64,000 bases of DNA from a virus, in IMG/VR virus record IMGVR_UViG_3300030106_006724, positions 25,201 to 89,200 of that record; one strand, 5' to 3'. The notes beneath the pieces are model-generated. The model worked only from the letters and a program-made list of their open reading frames with translations. It had not been told where the DNA came from and made no database searches. Positions within the stretch are counted from its first letter, which is position 1. The number at the start of each line of letters is the position of its first letter. Positions 1 to 10,045 of this stretch are shown here, one piece after another. Both the position numbers and the translations under genes were made by a program.

Positions 1-3
1 ATT

Positions 4-34
4 ATTTGGAAAATTAAATAAAATTACTTATATT
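4..34 (+). promoter_or_regulatory. Early/middle promoter (ATTTG-N20-TATATT)
   Basis: Matches the window-wide AGTTG-N20-TAT(A/C)TT motif; 6 nt upstream of ATG 41. Confidence 0.65.
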
Positions 35-40
35 ATAGAT

Positions 41-1060
41 ATGAAAGACGATAAAGCAAAAGGTTACGAATGGATAGGAGATGCAGACGAAACTGTAGAA
101 GCTCCAGCTAATGAACATTCAGTGAAATACTACGAACCTGATAGAGATTATGATTCTAAATATAATCCTACTAAAGATGATATTAAAACGTTTCCTGATC
201 TTCAAAATGGTCCTTCTTCTTTGATTCAAGGGTCTCCTGTCGCTATACAGCAGGTAGGTATTCATAATTTTAGATTACCTTTAAAGTATAGCAAGAGAGG
301 AGGTGGTGATATAGAATTAGAAACTAAAGTTACTGGTACGGTTTCTTTAGCGGCTCATAAAAAAGGTATTAATATGTCTCGTATCATGAGATCATTTTAT
401 GAATATAAAGATGATTATGTATATGACAAGTTAGATGAAATATTATTAAAGTATAAAGAAAATTTAGAGACCTTTGATGCTAAAATAGGATTACATTTTT
501 CTTACCCTATATTACAACCTTCATTAAGATCAGATAATGCAGGTTATCAATATTATAACTGTACTTTAGAAGGTAATATAGATGATAAAGGTAATTTTAG
601 AAAGTTTTTACATTTCGATTTCGTTTATTCATCTGCTTGTCCTTGTTCTTATGAATTAGCAGAGCATGCTAGAAAATATAGAAATAAAGCAACAGTATCT
701 CATTCTCAAAGATCTGTAGCAAGAATATCTATTGAATTTGACGATATAGTATGGATTGAAGATTTACAAGAGATGTGTGCTAATGCTCTACAGACTGAAA
801 CTCAAGTAGTTGTTAAAAGAGAAGATGAGATGGCATTTGCTGAATTAAATGGTTCTTATCTTAAGTTTGTAGAAGATGCTGCTAGATTACTATATGAGCA
901 GTTAATAGAGGATAAAAGAGTAAAAGATTTTAGAGTTATTTGTTCTCATCAAGAGTCATTACATTCTCATGATGCTGTTTCAGTAATTACAGCTCCTGAT
1001 AGTGAATTTTGTCAAGATGTTCCTCATGAGTTATGGTCAAGTTTAATTCATATATCATAA
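41..1060 (+). CDS. folE2: GTP cyclohydrolase I type 2 (FolE2)
   Basis: IQQVGI, KGINMSR, SACPCS, SHSQRS, ESLHSHDA motifs. Confidence 0.92.
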   Translation: MKDDKAKGYEWIGDADETVEAPANEHSVKYYEPDRDYDSKYNPTKDDIKTFPDLQNGPSSLIQGSPVAIQQVGIHNFRLPLKYSKRGGGDIELETKVTGTVSLAAHKKGINMSRIMRSFYEYKDDYVYDKLDEILLKYKENLETFDAKIGLHFSYPILQPSLRSDNAGYQYYNCTLEGNIDDKGNFRKFLHFDFVYSSACPCSYELAEHARKYRNKATVSHSQRSVARISIEFDDIVWIEDLQEMCANALQTETQVVVKREDEMAFAELNGSYLKFVEDAARLLYEQLIEDKRVKDFRVICSHQESLHSHDAVSVITAPDSEFCQDVPHELWSSLIHIS

Positions 1061-1596
1061 TGTCTAAAATTGAAGAATTAAAAAAATTATGTGGTGAGTT
1101 AAGAACTTTAACTGAACAGACTTTTGATGAGGTTAAGAGTGATAAATATTCTAAATATGAAGATGCTTTAAGATCTTTTATTGATAAGTATGAAATAGAT
1201 CATAGACCATGGGGTAAGTACGAAGTAATGTACAGTAGTCCTTTTGTAAAAGTAAAGAAGATAATAGTTAAACCTCGAGGTATATTATCTTATCAGTATC
1301 ATGATCAAAGAACTGAGGATTGGATAATTACTAGAGGAAGCGCTAAAATAGTACTTGATGATGAAGAGGTATGGAGAACTGAAGGAGAAAGAATTAGAAT
1401 AAAAGTAGGACAGAAGCATAGAGTTAGTAATCCTAGTTTTGATAATATATTAGAATTTATAGAAGTGCAAACAGGAACTTACTTTGGAGAAGATGATATA
1501 ATCAGAATAGAAGATGATTATGGTAGATTAGAAGACGAGCATTTAAGAGATCATGATATAAAAGGAGGAATAATTAATAGTTATGAAAAAAAATAA
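1060..1596 (+). CDS. Cupin, mannose-6-phosphate isomerase type II C-terminal-like
   Basis: RPWGKYEV, LSYQYHDQRTEDW, IEVQTGTYFGEDDIIRIEDDYGR; ATG overlaps the folE2 stop. Confidence 0.85.
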   Translation: MSKIEELKKLCGELRTLTEQTFDEVKSDKYSKYEDALRSFIDKYEIDHRPWGKYEVMYSSPFVKVKKIIVKPRGILSYQYHDQRTEDWIITRGSAKIVLDDEEVWRTEGERIRIKVGQKHRVSNPSFDNILEFIEVQTGTYFGEDDIIRIEDDYGRLEDEHLRDHDIKGGIINSYEKK

Positions 1597-1762
1597 AAGT
1601 TTAGCAGAATATATAGTTGAAATAGATGGTAAGCAATATGTACCTTACAGTAAAGCTGTAGAGGCGATAATGCAATCCGTAAGTAGAGAAGTAAGAGAAG
1701 CTATGGATGAAGTAGCTTCCGGAATGAAGGATGTAAATAGTTTATTAGAAGATAATGATTAA
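1583..1762 (+). CDS. Hypothetical protein, 59 aa (not in ORF track)
   Basis: MKKNKSLAEYIVEIDGKQYVPY...; fills the gap and overlaps both neighbours. Confidence 0.65.
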   Translation: MKKNKSLAEYIVEIDGKQYVPYSKAVEAIMQSVSREVREAMDEVASGMKDVNSLLEDND

Positions 1763-2570
1763 AATAGCGCACGAATCTCCTAAGAGTATTTTTGATGATG
1801 TACAGAAAGTAACTGACTACGATTACGCTCTAGTTCATTTATTAGAAGAAGACGAACAGTATCTTAAGCATTTTCAACAAGCTATTAAAAAAGGAAGAGA
1901 AGTAATTTTAGATAATTCAATATTTGAATTAGAAGAAGCTTTTGAAGCTGAAAAATTTGCATACTGGGTTGAAAAATTAAGACCTGAATGGTATATAGTA
2001 CCTGATGCTTTAGAAAACTCTCTTCTTACCATGGCTCAGATGGAAAAATGGAACTCTCAGTATAAAAACCTTCCCGGTAAAAAAATTGGAGTAGTACAAG
2101 GTCAAACTTATCAATCTATTATAGACTGTTATAAGTATATGGATTATGTAGCTGATGTTGATATGATAGCTATATCATTTGATTACTCTTATTATACCGA
2201 ATCAGTACCTCATGCTAATAAGTACGTTAGTTGGATGTTAGGTAGAATAAAATTATTAGGAGACTTACTTAAGCATGGTATAATAAATAAAAATAAACCT
2301 CATCACCTTTTAGGATGTGGATTACCTCAAGAATTTAGCTTTTATAAACATTCAGATTACGATTGGTTATACTCTTTAGATACTTCTAATCCAGTAGTTC
2401 ACGGTATCAAAGGTATTAAATATGGTGATGATGGTTTGTGGAGCAAAGAATCTCAAAAACTTTATGAATTAATTAATTATGAAGTTGAAGATACTAATAT
2501 AATAATGAATAATATACAAAAATTTAGATGGTTAACTAATGGGAGACACAAAGTGGATATCGTTCTTTAG
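1755..2570 (+). CDS. TGT-fold 7-deazaguanine ribosyltransferase/transglycosylase (DpdA-like)
   Basis: VILDNS, IVPDA, IGVVQG, HHLLGCG, SLDTSNP motifs of the TGT barrel; sits between folE2 and queF. Confidence 0.75.
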   Translation: MIKIAHESPKSIFDDVQKVTDYDYALVHLLEEDEQYLKHFQQAIKKGREVILDNSIFELEEAFEAEKFAYWVEKLRPEWYIVPDALENSLLTMAQMEKWNSQYKNLPGKKIGVVQGQTYQSIIDCYKYMDYVADVDMIAISFDYSYYTESVPHANKYVSWMLGRIKLLGDLLKHGIINKNKPHHLLGCGLPQEFSFYKHSDYDWLYSLDTSNPVVHGIKGIKYGDDGLWSKESQKLYELINYEVEDTNIIMNNIQKFRWLTNGRHKVDIVL

Positions 2571-3102
2571 TCAAACAGGATCTGAAATAGCTGATATATC
2601 TGAAGCATTAGGACAAGCTCCTGATGTTATTATTACTAATGATAGACCCGATCATCTTAGAACTATAGATGAAAGAATAGAAAAGCAAGGTTATTTTACC
2701 TGGGCTAATAAACCTTCAGAAGAAGATTATATTAGTTTATTAGAAGCTTATCCTGATGCAATAGTTACTTTACATGGTTGGTTAAGAATAGTACCTCCGT
2801 ATGTCTGTGAACGTTCTAAAATTTATAACGGTCATCCCGGTCTGATAACTAAATATCCAGAACTAAAAGGTAAAGATCCTCAAGAGAAAGCTTTTAAATT
2901 ACAACACGAAGTTATGGGGTGTGTACTTCATGAGGTTTCTCCTGGAGTAGATGAAGGGAAAATACTAATGGAAGAAAGATTTAACTCTCATGGGTTGGAT
3001 CTTAACGGAGTTTTTCGTACCTTAAGAGATAGAAGTTTATACATGTGGATTAAATTTTTAAGAATAGCTTTAATTCATCAAAATTATTATAATGATAACT
3101 AG
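2539..3102 (+). CDS. PurN-like formyltransferase (DpdN-like, putative preQ1 N-formyltransferase)
   Basis: FFSQTGS, LHGWLRIV, NGHPGL, LHEVSPGVDEGKI formyltransferase motifs; context. Confidence 0.82.
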   Translation: MGDTKWISFFSQTGSEIADISEALGQAPDVIITNDRPDHLRTIDERIEKQGYFTWANKPSEEDYISLLEAYPDAIVTLHGWLRIVPPYVCERSKIYNGHPGLITKYPELKGKDPQEKAFKLQHEVMGCVLHEVSPGVDEGKILMEERFNSHGLDLNGVFRTLRDRSLYMWIKFLRIALIHQNYYNDN

Positions 3103-3613
3103 AATAGCTTTAGTAGGAGCAAGTAGTACAGGAAAAACTACTGTATTTGAATTACTTAAAAATAAATTACCTAAGTATGAATTCGTTAATGAATCGACTC
3201 GTACTATAGGTAACTATGGTTTTCCTATAAATGAACAAGGTACTGATGCTACTCAATTAGCTATTAGTAGCTTTCATTTAGAAGCTTTACTTCAACCTAA
3301 TAATTTAGTATTAGATAGATGCTATATGGATGTAGTAGTTTATTCTAAATTTATGGAAAATTTAAGAGCTAGAACTTATAATTATATTGAAGATACTTGG
3401 AATAGAATAAAAAAAGAGTATACTCATTATATTTATTTTCCTATTGAATTTGATTCAGTTGATGATGGAGTAAGGAGTATAGATGAGACTTGGAGAAAAG
3501 ATATAGATGATGAATTCCAAGCTGTATTAGAAGGAGTACGAAAACCTTATTTAACTGTTACTGGATCCCCGATGCAGAGAATTGAACAAATATTAAAATT
3601 TATAAATGAGTAA
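3092..3613 (+). CDS. P-loop nucleotide kinase (NadR/AAA_28-like)
   Basis: GASSTGKTT Walker A; LDRCYMD. Confidence 0.8.
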   Translation: MITRIALVGASSTGKTTVFELLKNKLPKYEFVNESTRTIGNYGFPINEQGTDATQLAISSFHLEALLQPNNLVLDRCYMDVVVYSKFMENLRARTYNYIEDTWNRIKKEYTHYIYFPIEFDSVDDGVRSIDETWRKDIDDEFQAVLEGVRKPYLTVTGSPMQRIEQILKFINE

Positions 3614-4118
3614 ACAATTAGAACTAGACTTTGGCGGTCCTGAAAAATATGTACCTTTCGTTTCAGAGGTAGAAGAATTTAATGCCACGTTTGGCAAACC
3701 TAATAATTATGAACCAACTATTCCAGAGAAAAAAGAATGGCAATTCGTCTATGACTTTATTCTCGAAGAACTTGAAGAATATAGAGAAGCTTGCGAAAGA
3801 GGAGACATCGTCGAAGTTTTGGATGCTCTTTGCGATATTGCTTACGTTTCCATTGGGAACGGTACTATGTTACATGGCCTTAAGGATAAGATATGGCCTG
3901 CTTATCAAGAAGTACAAGCGTCTAATATGTCAAAAGCTTGTACTACTGAAGAAGAAGCAAAAGAAACTGTCGCCCTCAGAACTAAAGAACAGGGTGAAGA
4001 GTGTTATTATGAAAAAGTAGGTGACTATTATATAGTATACCGAAAAAGAGATAAAAAGGTTATGAAATCTATAAATTATTTCAGACCAGATTTAAGTAAA
4101 TTTTTAAAAAATGTATAA
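3606..4118 (+). CDS. MazG-like nucleoside triphosphate pyrophosphohydrolase
   Basis: EELEEY...EVLDALCDIAYV...EVQASNMSK. Confidence 0.88.
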   Translation: MSKQLELDFGGPEKYVPFVSEVEEFNATFGKPNNYEPTIPEKKEWQFVYDFILEELEEYREACERGDIVEVLDALCDIAYVSIGNGTMLHGLKDKIWPAYQEVQASNMSKACTTEEEAKETVALRTKEQGEECYYEKVGDYYIVYRKRDKKVMKSINYFRPDLSKFLKNV

Positions 4119-4476
4119 ATACGGAGCAAAATTAGTTAGAGTAGTCGATGGAGATACAGCTGATGTAATGATCGACTTAGGTTTTGATACTTGGGTTAAG
4201 GCTAGACTTAGATTTAAAGGAGTTGATACCTGGGAAAAAAGAACTAGAAATAAAGAAGAAAAAATAAAAGGTTTAGCTGCTACAGCTTTTACTGCAACTT
4301 ATTTAGAAAAGAATAAAGGTAATTTTACTATTCAATCATACGGTAAAGGTAAGTACGGTAGAGTTTTAGCAGAGATCTTTATAGATGGAGAAGAAAAATC
4401 TCTTAATCAGTTATTAATAGAAAATGGTCATGCGTATATTTACGAAGGCGGTAAAAAACAAGTATTTAATGGATAA
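4111..4476 (+). CDS. Thermonuclease (SNase-like)
   Basis: RVVDGDT, RFKGVDT, GKYGRVLA, LIENGHA. Confidence 0.9.
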   Translation: MYKYGAKLVRVVDGDTADVMIDLGFDTWVKARLRFKGVDTWEKRTRNKEEKIKGLAATAFTATYLEKNKGNFTIQSYGKGKYGRVLAEIFIDGEEKSLNQLLIENGHAYIYEGGKKQVFNG

Positions 4477-5368
4477 TCAAAGTAAAGTAAAAGAAATAGC
4501 AGGTAAACATTTAGGTAAAGTAGGTGGAGCCGGCTATAGCGATCAGTATAATAGAGACTTATTAGTAAAAGTTCCTAGAAAGTTAAATAGAGAAACTTAT
4601 AATCTTTCTGGAAATGAATTTGTAGGAGTTGATACATGGAATGCATATGAAGTATCTGCTATTACTACTAAGGGTCAACCTGTAGCGGGTATGTTAAAAA
4701 TAGTATGCCCTTCTAACTCTGAATTTCACGTAGAATCTAAGTCTATAAAGTTATATTTAAATTCTCTTAATATGACTAAGATAGGAGATACAGCTAAAGA
4801 CTGTATTAAAGGTATAGAAGCTACAGTTAAAAGAGATTTAGATGAATTATTAGAAACTAATACGACTGTATCTTTTTATGCTGATGATTCAGAAACTACT
4901 CCTCTATCCTTTAAAGATTATGAAGATGTAGCCGAAATTGCTAATTTAGATGAAATAGATTTTACCTCTTTTAAATCTGATGCTTCTCAGTTAGAAGCTC
5001 AAGATAATGATGAAGTAGAAGAATTAAGGTATAGATCTAACTTATTAAGATCGAACTGTAGAGTAACTAATCAACCTGATTGGGGTGATGTATTTATCTA
5101 TCTTAGAGGTAAAAAATTACCTACTGCAGCTTCATTAGCAAAGTATATAGTAAGCCATAGAACTGTAAGTCATTTCCATGAAGAGATATGTGAAATGGTA
5201 TTTGCTCATTTATGTGAAGCATTTCAACCAGACCAATTAATGGTTGCATGTTTATATACTAGAAGAGGAGGTTTAGATATTAATCCTATTAGAGCTACTC
5301 ATTCTAGTTTAATACCAGAATTTTTTACTAATCCTGATTTTACTATTCAAAAAACTTTAAGGCAGTAA
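4469..5368 (+). CDS. queF: NADPH-dependent preQ0 reductase QueF (bimodular type)
   Basis: WNAYEVS, VESKSIKLYLNS, SNCRVTNQPDWG, FHEEICE, YTRRGGLDINP; ATG 4469 preferred. Confidence 0.92.
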   Translation: MDNQSKVKEIAGKHLGKVGGAGYSDQYNRDLLVKVPRKLNRETYNLSGNEFVGVDTWNAYEVSAITTKGQPVAGMLKIVCPSNSEFHVESKSIKLYLNSLNMTKIGDTAKDCIKGIEATVKRDLDELLETNTTVSFYADDSETTPLSFKDYEDVAEIANLDEIDFTSFKSDASQLEAQDNDEVEELRYRSNLLRSNCRVTNQPDWGDVFIYLRGKKLPTAASLAKYIVSHRTVSHFHEEICEMVFAHLCEAFQPDQLMVACLYTRRGGLDINPIRATHSSLIPEFFTNPDFTIQKTLRQ

Positions 5369-5973
5369 TGAATAAACTATGGTCCTTTGGTGATTCTTGG
5401 ACATATGGTCAAGGAGTTAATTCTAATGAAACCTTCACACAGCTTATAGCTGATTCCCTTAATTTAGAACCTTTAAATTTAGGTATACCAGGAGCTGCTA
5501 ATAGTTACATATATAATAAACTTATTCATTACCGTATTAATTTTAAACCTGGTGATTTAGTTTTAATAAACTGGAGTAGTCCTCATAGAGATGAATATAC
5601 AGATAGATATGATTATAAACGTTCTGATAATAAATTAAACTTTAATATAAAATTCTATCCTGAATATTTAAATAATACATATAATAAATTAAAAGAGTTT
5701 AATTTTATTATGACTCAAGCTTTTAATCCTATTTTTGGTTATGACTATAGTTTAAATACTAACTATCACGGTAAAAATTTTATAGAGTGGGGCAAACCTA
5801 ATAATACTTTAGTTGATATTATAAGTGATAATTGGTGTAAAGAAAATAGAAATAATTTATTTATGTCAAATTTTCCTGTTAAAAAAGATTTTTCGATGTT
5901 TGTTAAAGACGATAATCATCCATCACCTAAAGGGCATAAATTAATAGCAGATAAACTTTTAGAATATTTATAA
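5368..5973 (+). CDS. SGNH/GDSL-like protein
   Basis: FGDSWTYG, NLGIPGAAN, DNHPS. Confidence 0.7.
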   Translation: MNKLWSFGDSWTYGQGVNSNETFTQLIADSLNLEPLNLGIPGAANSYIYNKLIHYRINFKPGDLVLINWSSPHRDEYTDRYDYKRSDNKLNFNIKFYPEYLNNTYNKLKEFNFIMTQAFNPIFGYDYSLNTNYHGKNFIEWGKPNNTLVDIISDNWCKENRNNLFMSNFPVKKDFSMFVKDDNHPSPKGHKLIADKLLEYL

Positions 5974-5975
5974 TT

Positions 5976-6233
5976 ATGACAAAAGAAACAGTAGAATCTA
6001 TAAAACTAATCGCAGAAAGAGTCCCCCCTGGAGATAACTGGGAATTAGTAATTGATAAAGAGAACGTAATAGAAGGTTTAGTTCAGACTCTTACTCAATA
6101 TATGCGTAAAACTAAATTTAAAGGTAACTATAGATTAGAGCCTTTACAAGGTAAATTATTCGCTATAGAAGAAGAGCAAGTAAATATTGTTGAACCTGAA
6201 CCTGAAAAGTTTGACCTTTACGGAGAATTTTAG
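5976..6233 (+). CDS. Hypothetical protein
   Basis: ORF in operon. Confidence 0.7.
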   Translation: MTKETVESIKLIAERVPPGDNWELVIDKENVIEGLVQTLTQYMRKTKFKGNYRLEPLQGKLFAIEEEQVNIVEPEPEKFDLYGEF

Positions 6234-6239
6234 AAAATT

Positions 6240-6270
6240 AGTTGGAATTCTGAGATATTCTTCTTATATT
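6240..6270 (+). promoter_or_regulatory. Early/middle promoter AGTTG-N20-TATATT
   Basis: Exact motif; 6240-6271 is identical to 44725-44756. Confidence 0.8.
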
Positions 6271-6289
6271 AGGTTAATAAAACGGTTAT

Positions 6290-6721
6290 ATGGATAAAGT
6301 TTATCATTGGTTAGAAGAAGGTTTTATTCAAGCTGGTACTTTCTTTATTTCCGATAAATATACTCAAGGTGTTGATGTAGAATTTATAGTAGATAGAAAA
6401 GATTGGTATATACCTGGAGTATATATTTTTGCTGATAAACAAGGTAGTGTACTTAAAATAGGTGAAAGTGGTAAGCTTGCCGATAGAATGTTTAATCAAT
6501 ATAAGTGTATTGATAACGTTACTAATAATCGAATTAGAGAAAGCTTAAAAGCTGATTATAAAAAAGTTAATTTTTTCTTTTTTCCGGTTCCTCAAGCAAC
6601 TGAAACTATAATGAATAGAGAGATTACAGGAGCTTTTCATAAGCAGTTAGAAGAACAATTATTAAAAGAATACTTTAAAAATACTGGTAAACTTCCTACT
6701 TGGAACGAAATGAGAAAATAA
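6290..6721 (+). CDS. GIY-YIG-like nuclease
   Basis: PGVYIF...LKIGES...LADRM, late E and N. Confidence 0.65.
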   Translation: MDKVYHWLEEGFIQAGTFFISDKYTQGVDVEFIVDRKDWYIPGVYIFADKQGSVLKIGESGKLADRMFNQYKCIDNVTNNRIRESLKADYKKVNFFFFPVPQATETIMNREITGAFHKQLEEQLLKEYFKNTGKLPTWNEMRK

Positions 6722-6724
6722 TAT

Positions 6725-9052
6725 ATGCAATTAGAGAAAAAATACTATACCGTTCAAGATAATGAAACTCTTGAACTCTTATATAAACATATTGAATCGT
6801 CTGATATACTAGCTGTCGATACTGAAACTTCTGGTCTTAATCCTCGTAAAGATAAAATAGTTGGTTGGTCAGTATCTGGCGACGAAGGTGTAGGGTTTTA
6901 CCTACCTACCTTAGTTTGGAACTTTGATAAAGATGAATTAGAACTTCAAACTATTAACGGTAAATCTACTGAAACTATATCTAAAAACTTTATGAGAATG
7001 CTAAAAGGTAAAAAATTAGTATTTCATAATGCTTCGTTTGACTGTCAGTTTATTAAAAATTATTTTGGAGTAGATCTTATTGAAGATATATGGGTTGATA
7101 CTGGTCTATTAGTTCATACTGTATATGAAGAAGGTGCGTTTGGTTATGGTAATCCTTTTGGTTTGAAACCTATTGCTATAATGAATCAGAAAGAATTAGG
7201 TTTAGATGTAGAAAAAGCTGCTAACGAAGAGCAATTAGAACTTAAAGGCTCTATAAAGAAAAATGGCGGTCAGACTACTAAGTTACTATTTGAGATTTAT
7301 AAAGCTGATTTAGATATTCTATCTAAGTATGCTTCTGCCGATACCGATTTAACTTTACGTATATGTAACTTATATCTAAAGAAATTAAAAGAAGAAGGGC
7401 TAGAGAAGTTTTTCTTTGAAGAAGAAGTTATGCCGATATATAGAGAAGTAACTGTTCCTATGGAATCTGCAGGTGTTGATTTAGATGTAGAACTAATAGA
7501 AAAGACTCATAAAGAGATTAGCGAAGACTTAATTAAAAATAAAGAGATAGTAATGAAATCTTTATTAGCTATTTCTGAAGTTAAAGAATGGGTATTAGGT
7601 ACTGCATTAAGTAACTACCCTGTATCTCATAAAGGTAACTGGGCTCAGAATTTGGTTACTCGTTATTCTTTACCTTTACCTAAGTCTGAAAAAACTGGTA
7701 AGTATTCTCTTACTAGTAAAAATATAGAAGAGTTAGAGGAATCTAATGTTAAGCAGTTTTTACTTACTGGTGATACTGATCTTATAGAAGATGTAGAAAA
7801 AGCTCGTATATCGATGGCTATGTGGAAAGAATCTAATGATGGAGAGTATATTAATATTCAATCTAAGAAGCATTTAGGTGAAATAGTATTTAAGTATATG
7901 GGTATTAAACCTAAAGTAGCTGGTGCTAATACTAAATCTGGTAGAGCTAAGTTTGATATGGATATGGTAGAAGAACTAGCGAAAGAATATCCTTGGGCTG
8001 AAAACTTAAGAATATATAATAAACTACTTAAGATTAAATCTACTTATGTAGATAGGTTTAGAGATAGAAATGAAGATGGTAAATATTATTTTTACTTTAA
8101 GCAGAATGGTACTGTATCTGGTCGATATGGATCTGATGCTCAACAGTTACCTAAACCTTTAGAAGAAGGTGAAGATGCTCCTATTATTATGAAGTATGTT
8201 AATATAGTAAGGGCTTTCTTAGTAGCCGGTAAAGGTAGAAAAGTTATTGATGCTGATTACGAATCATTAGAACCTCATTGCTTTGCCTCAGTATCTGGTG
8301 ATAAAAAACTTCAAGAAATATTCGATAATGGTTGGGACTTTTATTCTTATGTCGCTATTCAAACTGAAAAGCTTGATGGAGTATCTGCTGATAAAAAAGC
8401 TGATAACTACCTTAAAAAATTAGATCCTGTTAAAAGAAATAAAGCTAAAGCTTATTCTTTAGGAGTTGCATATGGAATGGAAGCTTATGCTCTTAAAATG
8501 ACTTTAGGAGTAGATCAAAAGACTGCTGAAGGATTAATAAAGGGTTACTTAGATGGTTTTCCTGGTTTAAGAGATTGGAGAGAAAACTCTCGTAGGCAAG
8601 TAAAAGATCATGGTTTTATTAAAAATTATGTTGGTCGTATAAGGCACGTACCTAAGGTAAAAAAGATTTATGAAAAGTTTGGTGAAAAGATGATGGATTG
8701 GAGGTTTAGAAAAGACTTAGAGAATCAAGGATATAATAGAGATGATATAGTTAAGGTTTATAGAGATTACCGTAATGGATTAAACTTCTGCCTTAACTTT
8801 CAATTACAATCTTTAGCTGCAGCGGTAGTAAATAGAGCTGCTGTAGTTATTAATAGGACTGCTAGAGAAAAAGGCTTCGATGCTTTCGTTCAAGCACAAG
8901 TACATGACCAGTTAATTATAAACGTGAAAGACGATCAAGCTGAAGCCTTTGCTCCTTTAGTTCAAGAGATTATGGAAAATACTACTAAGTTACCTGGAGT
9001 AACTTTAAAAGCTCCTCCTGAAATAGCTAATAACTGGAGAGACGGACATTAA
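6725..9052 (+). CDS. polA: Family A DNA polymerase with 3'-5' exonuclease
   Basis: AVDTETSG, FHNASFD, YASADT; SGRYGS, ADYESLE, RNKAKAYSLGVAYG, QVHDQL. Confidence 0.95.
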   Translation: MQLEKKYYTVQDNETLELLYKHIESSDILAVDTETSGLNPRKDKIVGWSVSGDEGVGFYLPTLVWNFDKDELELQTINGKSTETISKNFMRMLKGKKLVFHNASFDCQFIKNYFGVDLIEDIWVDTGLLVHTVYEEGAFGYGNPFGLKPIAIMNQKELGLDVEKAANEEQLELKGSIKKNGGQTTKLLFEIYKADLDILSKYASADTDLTLRICNLYLKKLKEEGLEKFFFEEEVMPIYREVTVPMESAGVDLDVELIEKTHKEISEDLIKNKEIVMKSLLAISEVKEWVLGTALSNYPVSHKGNWAQNLVTRYSLPLPKSEKTGKYSLTSKNIEELEESNVKQFLLTGDTDLIEDVEKARISMAMWKESNDGEYINIQSKKHLGEIVFKYMGIKPKVAGANTKSGRAKFDMDMVEELAKEYPWAENLRIYNKLLKIKSTYVDRFRDRNEDGKYYFYFKQNGTVSGRYGSDAQQLPKPLEEGEDAPIIMKYVNIVRAFLVAGKGRKVIDADYESLEPHCFASVSGDKKLQEIFDNGWDFYSYVAIQTEKLDGVSADKKADNYLKKLDPVKRNKAKAYSLGVAYGMEAYALKMTLGVDQKTAEGLIKGYLDGFPGLRDWRENSRRQVKDHGFIKNYVGRIRHVPKVKKIYEKFGEKMMDWRFRKDLENQGYNRDDIVKVYRDYRNGLNFCLNFQLQSLAAAVVNRAAVVINRTAREKGFDAFVQAQVHDQLIINVKDDQAEAFAPLVQEIMENTTKLPGVTLKAPPEIANNWRDGH

Positions 9053-9062
9053 AATTAATTAT

Positions 9063-10013
9063 ATGATTAGAACAGCAGAATGTATAACACCTAAGCATCC
9101 AGATAAAATCTGTGATAGAATATCAGATGCTATTTTAGATGCATGTTTAAAGCAGGATCCTAATACAAGAGCTGCTATAGAAACTATGGGAGGTCACGGA
9201 ATTATAACCGTAACCGGCGAACTAACTACAACAGCCTTTGTTGATATTCCGGAAGTAGTAAAATCAGTATACGGTAAAGATATAGGAGTACAAACCAATA
9301 TAGTAATGCAATCACCAGAAATAGCTCAAGGAGTAGATACTGGCGGAGCAGGTGATCAAGGTATTATGATAGGATATGCTTGTACTGAAAATGATGAAAT
9401 GGTACCTCTAGAGTATTATTTTGCAAGAAAGTTATGTGAATCTATCTATATAAATCATCCTTATGATGGAAAAACTCAAGTTACTATATTAGAAGATGAT
9501 TCATTAAATGTAGTAGCATCGTTTCAAAATACTTCTACTGAAGACTTAATACATCATATAAAAGATTTCTTTGCAGAAACAAATTATACCATCAATTCTC
9601 TACATTGCAACCCAGCTGGAGAATGGAATTTAGGAGGCTTTGATGCTGATACAGGATTAACAGGAAGAAAATTAGCTGTAGATAACTATGGTCCTAGAAT
9701 ACCTTTAGGTGGAGGAGCTTTTAGCGGTAAGGATAGTTCTAAAGTAGATAGATCAGCAGCATATATGGCTAGAAGAATAGCTACAGACTATATAGGAAAA
9801 TATAAAGCTAGTGAAGTTTATGTAACTCTAGCTTATGCTATAGGACATGATAAACCTTTACAAGCTACAGCTTTAGTAGATGGAAAAGAAATTTATATAA
9901 ACGACTATGATTTATCTCCAAAAGGAATAGTAGAGTTTTTAGGTTTAAAACAACCTATTTTCTACGAAACTTCTAAATGGGGGCATATGGGAAAAAACTT
10001 TTCATGGAATTAG
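9063..10013 (+). CDS. metK: S-adenosylmethionine synthetase
   Basis: HPDKICDRISDAILD, GAGDQGIMIGYA, DTGLTGRK, GGGAFSGKD, KVDRSAAY. Confidence 0.95.
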   Translation: MIRTAECITPKHPDKICDRISDAILDACLKQDPNTRAAIETMGGHGIITVTGELTTTAFVDIPEVVKSVYGKDIGVQTNIVMQSPEIAQGVDTGGAGDQGIMIGYACTENDEMVPLEYYFARKLCESIYINHPYDGKTQVTILEDDSLNVVASFQNTSTEDLIHHIKDFFAETNYTINSLHCNPAGEWNLGGFDADTGLTGRKLAVDNYGPRIPLGGGAFSGKDSSKVDRSAAYMARRIATDYIGKYKASEVYVTLAYAIGHDKPLQATALVDGKEIYINDYDLSPKGIVEFLGLKQPIFYETSKWGHMGKNFSWN

Positions 10014-10045
10014 TTGCCTATTAAATGAAAATAGTATATATTTAT
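10012..10045 (+). promoter_or_regulatory. Early/middle promoter with overlapping TATTTAT element
   Basis: AGTTG-N20-TATATT at 10012-10042; TATTTAT at 10039-10045. Confidence 0.7.

Noticed and set aside
2539-3102. purN as a purine-biosynthesis auxiliary gene
   Set aside because: Divergent, no other pur genes present, and embedded among deazaguanine genes.
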